Source: an uncultured cyanobacterium (GTDB lineage Bacteria > Cyanobacteriota > Cyanobacteriia > Cyanobacteriales > CAWUOF01). From it: DNA of 64,000 bases. The notes under the pieces were generated by a model, which was not told the origin of the DNA, did no database searches, and worked only from the letters and a program-made list of their open reading frames with translations. This document shows, in pieces, positions 18,083 to 28,200 of this stretch. Each line of letters begins with the position of its first letter. The first letter of the stretch is position 1. The position numbers and the translations under genes were made by a program. The DNA lies in the NCBI GenBank assembly GCA_963744145.1, contig CAVUSO010000001.1, forward strand, positions 1,056,001-1,120,000. Reading direction: 5' to 3'.

Positions 18083-18568
18083 ATGTCTCATTATGAATCT
18101 GAAGCCTATCCATCTGCTACATCGACTCCTGCTGCCACCAGTACACTATTAGCTCTGTTACTGGCTCTGAAAAACCTAGAATCCCATCTCAACAAAAATG
18201 AACTAGCACAACTCTATGAAATAGGCGAACAACTAAAACTTGACCCAGATGATTGGGAGTTTATCTATGATGGGTTAAAAAGCATTGTTGAAAGCAACAC
18301 TTCTCTCAAGGAAGCTTTTCAATCTGCATACGCTCGCGTCCTAGATGACGATGAGAGTGTTATTAGGAAAGATGTGATCTCTTCATTGGAGATTCGCGGT
18401 TATGTCGATAATGAACAAGATTTGGTCAGTAGAGCAGTTATTTATATTACAACTAGGTTACTTAAAAGTGACGATCTGCAAACCACAGCCAGAAACCTAA
18501 ACCTACCTTTTTCGATTACGGATACGGATAGGGACTTCAGAACAATCTCCATAATAGAACGTAGATAA
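18083..18568 (+). CDS. Caspase/CHAT-associated small helical protein, paralog 1
   Basis: TLLALLLALKNLE...EIGEQLKLDPDDWEFI shared with 18759-19199; divergent from a caspase start. Confidence 0.75.
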   Translation: MSHYESEAYPSATSTPAATSTLLALLLALKNLESHLNKNELAQLYEIGEQLKLDPDDWEFIYDGLKSIVESNTSLKEAFQSAYARVLDDDESVIRKDVISSLEIRGYVDNEQDLVSRAVIYITTRLLKSDDLQTTARNLNLPFSITDTDRDFRTISIIERR

Positions 18569-18581
18569 GGAGAATCGGCTG

Positions 18582-18693
18582 ATTCAGCATCCTGTACCGC
18601 ACTCATTAAATGTTGAGCCTCACTCATCGGCGTTTTCTTAAAAAGGTAGCAATTGATACCAACCACTAATGCTTGTCGCTTTATCTCACCCAT
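18582..18693 (-). pseudogene. Truncated caspase N-terminus
   Basis: MGEIKRQALVVGINCYLFKK...HLMSAVQDAE, after which homology ends. Confidence 0.8.
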
Positions 18694-18758
18694 ATCGACT
18701 TATATCATCCATATAGACTAAAATTGACCTAACTCATTTATGATACCACCATTAGTTT

Positions 18759-19199
18759 ATGGACACAATCTTTCGCGACAAAACATTGCTAGCCCTCTTA
18801 TTAGCTTTGAGAAACCTGGAAGACCCACTTAGCCAATTTCAACAGGCCCAGCTACATGAGGTAGGTGAACAACTAAAGCTTGACCCAGATGATTGGGAGT
18901 TTATTGAAGAGGGGTTGCTGGCTGTTGTTACTAGCAATACATTGCTCAATAAAGAGTTTGAAACTGCCAAAGCTAAATTAGATTCTGTGGATAATATCCA
19001 AGAACTCCTACCTACTGACAACGATATAGATGAGAAGATTTTTCTCAAGATAGAGAGACGTGGGAATAACACCGAACAAGAGGAAAATAGGCCACCGATT
19101 GTAAAAATAACTTGTAAGTTTTTAAAAGATGATGATCTAGCCAAAATAATCAAAAAATCAAGTTGGATTGAGCGAGTTTTGAACAGCCTAAATTATTAA
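18759..19199 (+). CDS. Caspase/CHAT-associated small helical protein, paralog 2
   Basis: TLLALLLALRNLE...EVGEQLKLDPDDWEFI; 49 bp upstream of the CHAT gene and divergent from the caspase remnant. Confidence 0.8.
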   Translation: MDTIFRDKTLLALLLALRNLEDPLSQFQQAQLHEVGEQLKLDPDDWEFIEEGLLAVVTSNTLLNKEFETAKAKLDSVDNIQELLPTDNDIDEKIFLKIERRGNNTEQEENRPPIVKITCKFLKDDDLAKIIKKSSWIERVLNSLNY

Positions 19200-19248
19200 T
19201 CATCAAAAAATCAAGTTGTCGGGGTGGTAGTTATACCAGGTAAAACCT

Positions 19249-22200
19249 ATGGTTAAACTTGTCTTAAATTTCAGACAGGGAAGTTTTGAAAAGGGATTTG
19301 ATGCGACCCTGGAAATAAGCGATCGCGATCGCATTTCCACAATACAGGGTCAACTACCACCACAGCCCACCCTACCCAAAATCTATGAAGATTGGCAAAA
19401 TATCTTTAATACATACGATTTAGGAGAGGAAGAAATTGTCAAAGAAAAAGCAAAACCTCTGCGCGAGGATTTGAACACCTGGCTAAATTCGGAATTGTTT
19501 AGTCCGATTAAATCTAAATTAGCAGAAATTTTCACATCATCTGAAGAAGTTCGCTTGTTAGTTCAAGCCGAAAACTATCAACTCTGGCGACTTCCTTGGG
19601 AGCAATGGGACTTTTTCGCTAATTATCCCCAACTTGAAATAGCATTGAGTTCCCCAGTATCTAAATCTATCAAAAGATGTCCCCTGAATCAACCAAAAAC
19701 TAAAATTAGAATTTTATGTATTCAATGTAACACTAAGAAAATTGATACGGAAATTGATATCAAAGCCTTAAAAACTTTTTTCCAAGATCAGGCAGATATA
19801 AAATATGTTAGCAAGCCTAGTAAGAAAGAACTGTCTCAATATTTGAGAAATAAAAAAGGTTGGGATATGATCTTTTTTGCGGGTCATTCTAGCACGGATA
19901 GCCAGCAAAGAGGTATCCTTGAAATTAACGATGAAGAAAATTTGACAATTCCTGAATTAAAGTATGCTTTAAGAGCAGCGATCGCTCTGGGCTTAAAATT
20001 AGCAATTTTCAATTCCTGTGATGGTTTAGGATTAGCCAGAAACTTAGCTGACTTGCAAATCCCTAGCGTAGTTGTTATGCGAGAACCAGTTCCCGATCAA
20101 GTAGCTCAAGTATTTGTCGAAGAATTTCTTAAACAATTTGCCAACAATGAATCATTATATGCTTCAGTGCGACAAGCACGGGAAAGTTTAAAAACCCTAG
20201 AAAATCAGTATCCTTGTGCTAGCTGGTTACCTGTAATTTGTCAAAATCCAGCCGAAGATGCGATCGCTTATGAGGGGTTACTAAATGGATTAAATACCGA
20301 TACAAACTGGGAAGGAGCTTGTCGTACTCTACTCACTCTGGATGCGATTAAACGGCTCGAATCAAATATGTTGACAAATAAAAAGGGTATAGAAATTGAC
20401 GATATTTATGTTCCCCCTAACTTAGATTTAGTCAAACGATTTAAGAAAAAAGATCCAAAGGAGTTATCCCAGGAAGAACAAGAACAGCAAAAAAGAGAAA
20501 ATCAGTTTCTCGATATTTATCAAGAGGATAATTTTTTCAAACAAGTAATCGAGTCGGGAAGAAGTATTTACAGCCAAGGGCGCAGATTAGCAATTATTGG
20601 CGAAGCAGGGATCGGCAAAAGCCTATTTTTACAACGGCTCGGACGAATGGATTGTCTGGGAGTCAAACACTACCCATCAAGTTGTGATCTGGGTATCTTT
20701 AGCTGACTTGAAAACAGCGCAAAGTCTGGAAGACTATCTCCAGCAAAATTGGCTTGAACGCGCCAAACAACAAGTAAAGATTCCCGCAAATAATCAAGAA
20801 GATTTAAGATTGCTATTTGCATCAAGACGAGTATTCTTGCTGTTAGATGGAGCCGATGAAATGCCTGTCCGCATTGGTAATCCTCTCGAAGTAATTGTCA
20901 GACAGCTCGCTACTTCTGAGTGGATTTCTCAAGCAAGGATTTTACTAACTTGTCGCGTCAATGTCTGGGAAGCCAACCAAAATATTTTGCAAAATTTCGA
21001 TGTTTACCGTCACTTAGATTTTAGCGATCGCGCTCAATATGGTCAACCGATTAACCAAGTAGAAGCCTTTATTTCTGGTTGGTTTAATGGTAGTAAACAA
21101 CAAAGAAAAATTGGTCTAAATTTGCGCCAAGAGTTAGAGCAAGAAGGCAAGCAAAAAATTAAAGATTTGACCAAAAATCCCTTGCGGTTATCATTGCTAT
21201 GTTTAGTGTGGGAAGAGCAGGGGAGGTTGCCAGATACTAAAACAGAACTTTATCAGCAATTTGTCGAGGAAATTTATAAATGGAAGCAACAGCAATTGAA
21301 GCTAGATAAATCCAAAATAGAAAATTTAAACAAAAAATTAGCAGAGTTAGCAAAACAAACGTTAGATCAAAAAAACATATTACCTCGACAAAAATTGTCA
21401 GACAATCTACCTCTAGCAGAAATAGAACTACTGTCTCCATTTCGGATTTCTCATGTTTTAGCAAGGTTAACTCTTGGTAAGGATTTTGACTTAGCACTAA
21501 AGTTGGGTTGGTTGAATCAGGTAGGAGTCTCGCCAAACAAAACAGAGGAACCCATCTATGCCTTTTTGCATCCGAGTTTCCAGGAATATTTTGCGGCACA
21601 AGCTATTGCTTTTGATCAGTGGAATTATTTTTTAGACAGCGGCAACGAGATTCATCGAGTTTTTGAGCAGAAGTGGCGGGAAGTAATTTTGTTTTGGTTT
21701 GGACGACCTAGTGAGAAAAATATTGATAATAAATACTGGAAAGAAAGTTTTATCACAAGGATTTGGAAATATAACGATTTTTGTAAGGGATTTTATGCAT
21801 TTAAAGCACGGCTTTTAACGGCGGAAGCTTTGGGAGAATTTAGAGATTGTAGTGATGAAATAGCAGAAAAAATAATAGCTGAAGTCGTTAAATTTAGCAT
21901 TTGCTATTATATTGATGAAAATGATTTTTCCTTACCTGAACAGGCAATAAGAGAGAGAGGTTATGCAGCACTATTGCAAATAAATAGTAGCAAATTTAAA
22001 GATTATTTAGTCAAACTTCTAAGTCGTCTTCCGCTAGATCACATAGTTAGTCGTTCTGAGATTGCTGATGTTCTAGCACAATTAGATCCTGGTAATCAAG
22101 AAGCTATTAATACTCATCTTGATTTGATCAAAACTGTTAAGACTGGAGATTATAACTTTGCCTGTGGGCTTATTCGCTATAGTTCAATGAAAAAAATCCA

Positions 22201-24134
22201 GCAAATAGCTCATGGGAATGCTGTTGCTATTAAAGAGTTAAAACAGCTATTATATAGGTCTCAAGATGAGCATGAGCGGGCGCGTATTGCTACTACTTTA
22301 GTAATAATTGCTAGTAAGGAAATAGCAGAAAAAGGTTTGAACACCTTAATTGAGTTATTATATAATTGCCTACCAGATTATGTTTTATCTTATTTAGATT
22401 ATTTTGAAATGATTGCCATTAATAATTTCGATCCTGATACAAAAATAATGGTGGTTGAACGACTGACTAAATTACTTAATCCTATTGAATACAGACAATT
22501 GCCTAGTGAGTGGAAATTGAATAGACACAAAATTCCTTGGTATGAAAACTCTTCACATCAAAATACTTATAGTCATCTTAAAATTTCCGCTTTTACACAG
22601 TATTTACGGATTAGTATAGTTGCAGCTCTTAGTTTATTAAAAATTCAGCCAGAACATAAAGCTGCGGTCAGAACATTGGTTGAGTTCCTAGCAATTGATC
22701 CCAACAAGTATCCTTTAATCCAGCATATTGATGCGAATCATATCTGTCAGATAATTGCTTATCAAATAGAAAACTCTCGTATTGATAATCAAACGCTTAT
22801 CAATACCTTGAGTGAATATATCACAACGATTGATGATCAAGATGCTTTGTTGTGGTCCTGTTAACCTTTTAGGAAAAGTAGCCGCCGGTACAAATGATGA
22901 AGGTGCTATTATTGCCCTAAATTCACAACTACAGACAACCTCGGAGTCTAACCGGAAAATATCTTATACTTTTCCGAACATAGCTCATACTTTGGGAAAA
23001 GTAAACCCAGGTAACCCTGATGCTATACAAGCTCTTACTAAATTAATACGTTTTCCAATTACTAATCGTCATGAGGTTTCTGAACTTTCCGAATCGATAA
23101 GATTACTTGGAGCAATCGATCTAAACAATCCAGAAGCCACTAAAGCTCTAATTAAATTGCAACAGTTTGCTCAATCTAGATTGGATGATTTTATTAAACG
23201 GTTTGACATCAAACCGGAAAATGTGGATCAGGCTCTCTCTGAATTGTTGAGCGAATACTGTAAAAAATTTGGGTACGAATCTAAAATAACAGAAGTTGTA
23301 AGAGAAGCTTCAGGAATACATACACTATTCATCGAAAATATTAAAATTTTTGCAGAGATCAATCGTGAAAATACAGAATCCATAAACTTTTTAACAAAAC
23401 TGCTAGCCCATCCTGAAGAACGAATCCGTTTTGAAGCAGCTTTGAGTTTGGCAAAAGTTGACCCAGGCAATTTAAACGCACTCAATGCACTGGTTGTAAT
23501 ATACCGTACTGCTAAGACAAAATACTATTTTGAATTTGATGGTTCGTTACCTAATCAGTTACTAGAAATTAGAGATCCTCAACGCCGTAAAAATCTGATT
23601 GGAGCTATCACTGAAATAATAGAGACTGAACCACCATCCGAATGCTATTATATTGCTGAAGCTTTGGCTAAAGCCGATCCGGGAAATGACCGGGCAGTGA
23701 CAACCTTGCTCGATTACTTGCAAAATCCCCTAAATGACCCACTTAGAGCTAGCGCTACGAGAAAAATAATTAAAACTTTAAAAGCAACTTTGCGAGAAGA
23801 ACAATTTAAACAAATAGTAAGTAGATTTAAAAATCCTCTATTCGATGCCGAGAGTAACAATGATACAGAACAATTTGAAATCTACTATGAACTCTTCTTG
23901 CATTGTGCTGAAAATATTAGCTATCGTGACTTCTTTCAAGCTTTGCACTATAACTCGGGTTTCATTAGTAATATGAAACCCTCTACGCATGCACGAGTTA
24001 TAGCGATCATTATAGCAGGCGAAGCATGGATGAAGATGAGCAGTTGCGTATCTATAATCAAAAGGTTATTATTGTTTGTGTATAAACGGTTATATGCTGT
24101 GTGGATATTTATCATTCGTTTTTTAGACAGGTAA
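19249..24134 (+). pseudogene. CHAT protease - NACHT - HEAT-repeat NLR-like gene, copy 1, with two +1 frameshifts (~20643 and ~22858; real or sequencing error)
   Basis: Three overlapping ORFs collinear with intact paralog 25292-30457; CTCGGACGAATGG versus paralog CTCGGCGAATGG; one extra base in TGGTCCTGTT. Confidence 0.85.
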
Positions 24135-24394
24135 CGTAAATAAATCAATAGCTACACAACACTCCCCTATCTGTTCTATGGGGCGATCGCGACCAATAAA
24201 TCATCACTCTTCTGAGTTTAGTTCTGATTACTGGTTTGTTAGCAGAAAGCGAGGGCTAAAACCCCTACTACAAACAATGTTTAACCTGCACTTTCCAGCG
24301 TTCCTAATCCCAAAAGTGTAGCTCTTGTTACTGACATGATCTGAACAAGTTCGGTTGCTAGTTGAAGCTGAGAGCGATCGCTATACTCATCAAA

Positions 24395-24706
24395 TCACCT
24401 TTGATAAACAGAAAGAGCAAAATCTAAGACTTCACGCTTGCGTTCCTCTGATAAACGGGAAACTACAGCATTTACCTGCTCAGATAGGGGCAGCCAACTC
24501 TTAGTTTTCGCTTTCCAAACCACAATTAACTGTTCAGATAATAGTGTACACAACGCAACAGTTTCCCCATCTTGATTGCTAAATTCAACTTCATACTCAT
24601 TATGATCAAAACACTCCACAATGGCTCCCTGAATCCCTGCAAGAAGATTATATTCAGGTAAATCTACTAATAACTCAATGACATCAAATAATTCTGGCTC
24701 AATCAT
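24395..24706 (-). CDS. DUF4926 protein (putative immunity/antitoxin)
   Basis: PELFDVIELLVDLPE..L.AG..GAIVE..YEVEFSNQDGET. Confidence 0.85.
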   Translation of the reverse strand: MIEPELFDVIELLVDLPEYNLLAGIQGAIVECFDHNEYEVEFSNQDGETVALCTLLSEQLIVVWKAKTKSWLPLSEQVNAVVSRLSEERKREVLDFALSVYQR

Positions 24707-25053
24707 TCTTGTTTCCTCACATATAACGTTACTAATCTAGCCACATCACTACCAGGCTCAACGATCCAACCCGTCCGAACAATCTCTTGCTGTCCCTCTT
24801 CTAGCCCTCTAACCTCCAAATCTACCTGATAGCGTTGTCCGTGTTCATCTGTACGCTGCAAAATTGCTTCAGTTTCTAAGGCTTGAACCAAAATCTGTTG
24901 TAGTAGGGATTGATAGTTATCTTTAGTAAAACCTAGATGACGCTCGAACATGACAGCTTTATCAGCCCCTTTGGGATTATCCAAGTTAAGTGAGTATTCT
25001 GTCAGCTTACGAGGATCGATAACCAAGCGGCGGACAATATCTCCGAGCTTCAT
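24703..25053 (-). CDS. DUF6883 protein (putative BECR-type RNase toxin)
   Basis: IDPRKLTEYSLN..NPKGADKA..F...LGFT..GQRYQVD..VRTGWIV..RLVTLYV; ATGA overlap with DUF4926. Confidence 0.8.
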   Translation of the reverse strand: MKLGDIVRRLVIDPRKLTEYSLNLDNPKGADKAVMFERHLGFTKDNYQSLLQQILVQALETEAILQRTDEHGQRYQVDLEVRGLEEGQQEIVRTGWIVEPGSDVARLVTLYVRKQE

Positions 25054-25291
25054 ATTTACCTGCTCATTGCCTAGCAAAAACATAAATTGGCTGCCACTAG
25101 CTAATCATTATAGCCTAATTGACCTTTATGACTCTTTTTTTCCAAATTTTGTCAATTTATCTGATCCAGATCGACTAAAATTGATTTAGCTCATTTATAA
25201 TACCACAATAACTAGGACATACTTGAGCAAAAAAAACTGTGTTGCTTGTATTTGTAGTAATTATTCTGACTAATCACCGATGGTTAAACCG

Positions 25292-28200
25292 ATGGTTAAA
25301 CTTGTCTTAAATTTCCAGCAAGGAAGTTTTACAAAGGGATTTGATGCGACCCTGGAAATAAGCGATCGCGATCACATTTTCACAATACAGGGTCAACTAC
25401 CACCACAGCCCACCCTACCCAAAATCTACGAAGATTGGCAAGATAGCTTTAACAAGAAAGATGGTTTCGTAGAGGAAGAAGTCAGAAAAAAAGCCAAATC
25501 TGTACAAGAGAATCTGAATACCTGGCTAAATTCGCAGTTGTTTAGTCCGATTAAATCTAAATTAGCAGAAATTTTCACATCATCTGAAGAAGTTCGCTTG
25601 TTAGTTCAAGCCGAAAACTATCAACTCTGGCGACTTCCTTGGGAGCAATGGGATTTTTTTGCTCATCATCCTCAACTGGAAATAGCCTTAAGTTCCCCAG
25701 TATCTAAATCGATCAAAAGATGTACGCTAAATCAACCAAAAACTAAAATTAGAATTCTATGTATTCAAGGTAATACTAAGGGAATCAATACGGCAATTGA
25801 TATCGAAGCTTTACAAACATTTTGCCAAGATAAAGCAGATATCAAACTTTGCCAACAACCCAGCCGCAAAGAACTATCGATCTGTTTAAGAGATAAAAAG
25901 GGTTGGGATATTATATTTTTTGCGGGTCATAGTAGCACCGATAGTCAGCAGACAGGTCGAATTGATATTAACGAGCGGGAAAGTTTGACGATCCCCGATT
26001 TAAAGTATGCTTTAAGAGCAGCGATCGCCCTGGGCTTAAAATTAGCAATTTTCAATTCCTGTGATGGTTTAGGATTAGCCAGAAACTTAGCTGACTTGCA
26101 AATCCCTAGCGTAGTTGTTATGCGAGAACCAGTTCCCGATCAAGTAGCTCAAGTATTTGTCGAAGAATTTCTTAAACAATTTGCCAACAATGAATCATTA
26201 TATTCTTCAGTGCGACAAGCGAGGGAAAGTTTAAAAAACCTAGAAAATCAATATCCCTGTGCTAGTTGGTTACCTGTAATTTGTCAAAATCCAGCCGAAG
26301 ATGCGATCGCTTACCAGGAATTACTGAGTGGACTAAACACCGAAACAACTTGGGAAGGAGCTTGTCGTACTCTACTCACCTTGGATGGGATTAAGCGGCT
26401 GGAATTAAATATGTTAACAAAAAAGAAGGGTCTAGAAATTGATGATATTTATGTTCCTCCTAACTTAGATTTAGTCAAACGATTCAAGAATAACCACCCA
26501 CAGGAGCTATCTCAGGAAGAACAAGAACAGCAAAAACGAGAAAATCAATTTCCCGATACTTATCAACAGGATAATTTTTTCAAACAAGTAATTGAGCGGG
26601 GTAGAAGTATTTACAGCCAAGGACAGAGATTAGCAATTATTGGCGAAGCAGGGATCGGCAAAAGCCTATTTTTACAACGGCTCGGCGAATGGATTGTTTG
26701 GGAATCAAATACCACCAATCAAGTTGTAATCTGGGTATCTTTAGCTGACTTGAAAAGAGAGCAAAGTCTGGAAGACTATCTTCAGCAAAATTGGCTTGAA
26801 TACGCCAATCAGCAAGTAAAAATTCCCGCAACTAATCGAGAAGATTTAAGGGCGCTATTTGCATCAGGACAAGTATTCTTGCTATTAGATGGCGCGGATG
26901 AAATGCCCGTCCGCCTTGGTAATCCTCTCGAAGTAATTGTCAGACAGATCGCTACTTCCTCGGTGGTTTCCCAAGCAAGGATTTTACTAACTTGTCGCGT
27001 CAATGTCTGGGAAGCCAACCAAAATGTTTTGCAAAACTTTGATGTTTACCGTCACTTAGATTTTAGCGATCGCGCCAAATATGGACGAACAATTAACCAA
27101 GTAGAAGCTTTTATTGATCGTTGGTTTAATGGTAGTGAACAACAAAGAAAAATCGGTCTAAATTTACGCCAAGAGTTAGAGCAAGAAAGCAAGAAAAAAA
27201 TTAAAGATTTAACCAAAAATCCCTTGCGTTTATCATTGCTATGTTTAGTGTGGGAAGAGCAGGGGAGGTTACCAGATACTAAAACTGAACTTTATCAGCA
27301 ATTCGTCGAGGAAATTTATAAATGGAAGCAACAGCAATTACAGCTAGATCAAGCCAAAATAGAAAGTTTAAATAAAAAATTAGCAGAATTGGCAATAAAA
27401 ACCTTAGATCAGAGCAGACAAAACTTGGTTAAATGGGTAATGTCCAGATGGGAAATGTCCCGTGCAGAAAAAAGTAACATACCTCTAGCAGAAGCGATGA
27501 TCAATTGGTCAGGCAATTCACTACTTCTATCGAGAATGGGACCACAAGAGTCGCCTTTTCGGATTCCTTACTTTATAGCATGGTCAATTTTAGGTAACAA
27601 TGATGATTTTGCGATCGCAGAAAAATTAGGTTGGTTGAATCAGGTGGGAGTGTCAGCAATTAATCCACAGGAGCGAATTTATGCTTTTTTACATCCAACT
27701 TTCCACGAATATTTTGCGGCACAAGCGATTACTTTTGAGCAGTGGAATTATTTTTTAGATCACCATAACTTTTTCACTAACCATCCCGCTTATGGGACGT
27801 ACCGAATTTTTGAGCAGCAGTGGCGGGAAGTGATTTTATTTTGGTTTGGACGACCTACTGAGGAAGGTACTTACGATAAAGTCTGTAAAGAAAGCTTTCT
27901 CCAAGAGCTTTGGGAGTTTAGAGATAAGTGTAAGGGATTTTATTCTTTGCAAGCACAGCTTTTAGCAGCTACGGCTTTGGGAGAATTTAGAAATTGTAGT
28001 GATGAAATAGCAGAAAAAATAATCCCTGAAGTAATTCAATATAGCTTTGTAATTGAGAAAAGTAATTTTTTACCTTACGATACAGTCATAAGAAGAGCTT
28101 ATTTTGCGCTGTTACAAACAAATAGTAGCAAAGTTAAAGATTATTTAGTTGAACTCCTAAGTCGTATTCCACTAAATCATAGAGTAACTCGATATAACAT

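Noticed and set aside
25276..25299. 12-bp tandem duplication ACCGATGGTTAA at the CHAT copy 2 start
   Set aside because: Real, but it only creates an alternative start (MVKP-MVK); no element is bounded by it, so it is not called a target-site duplication
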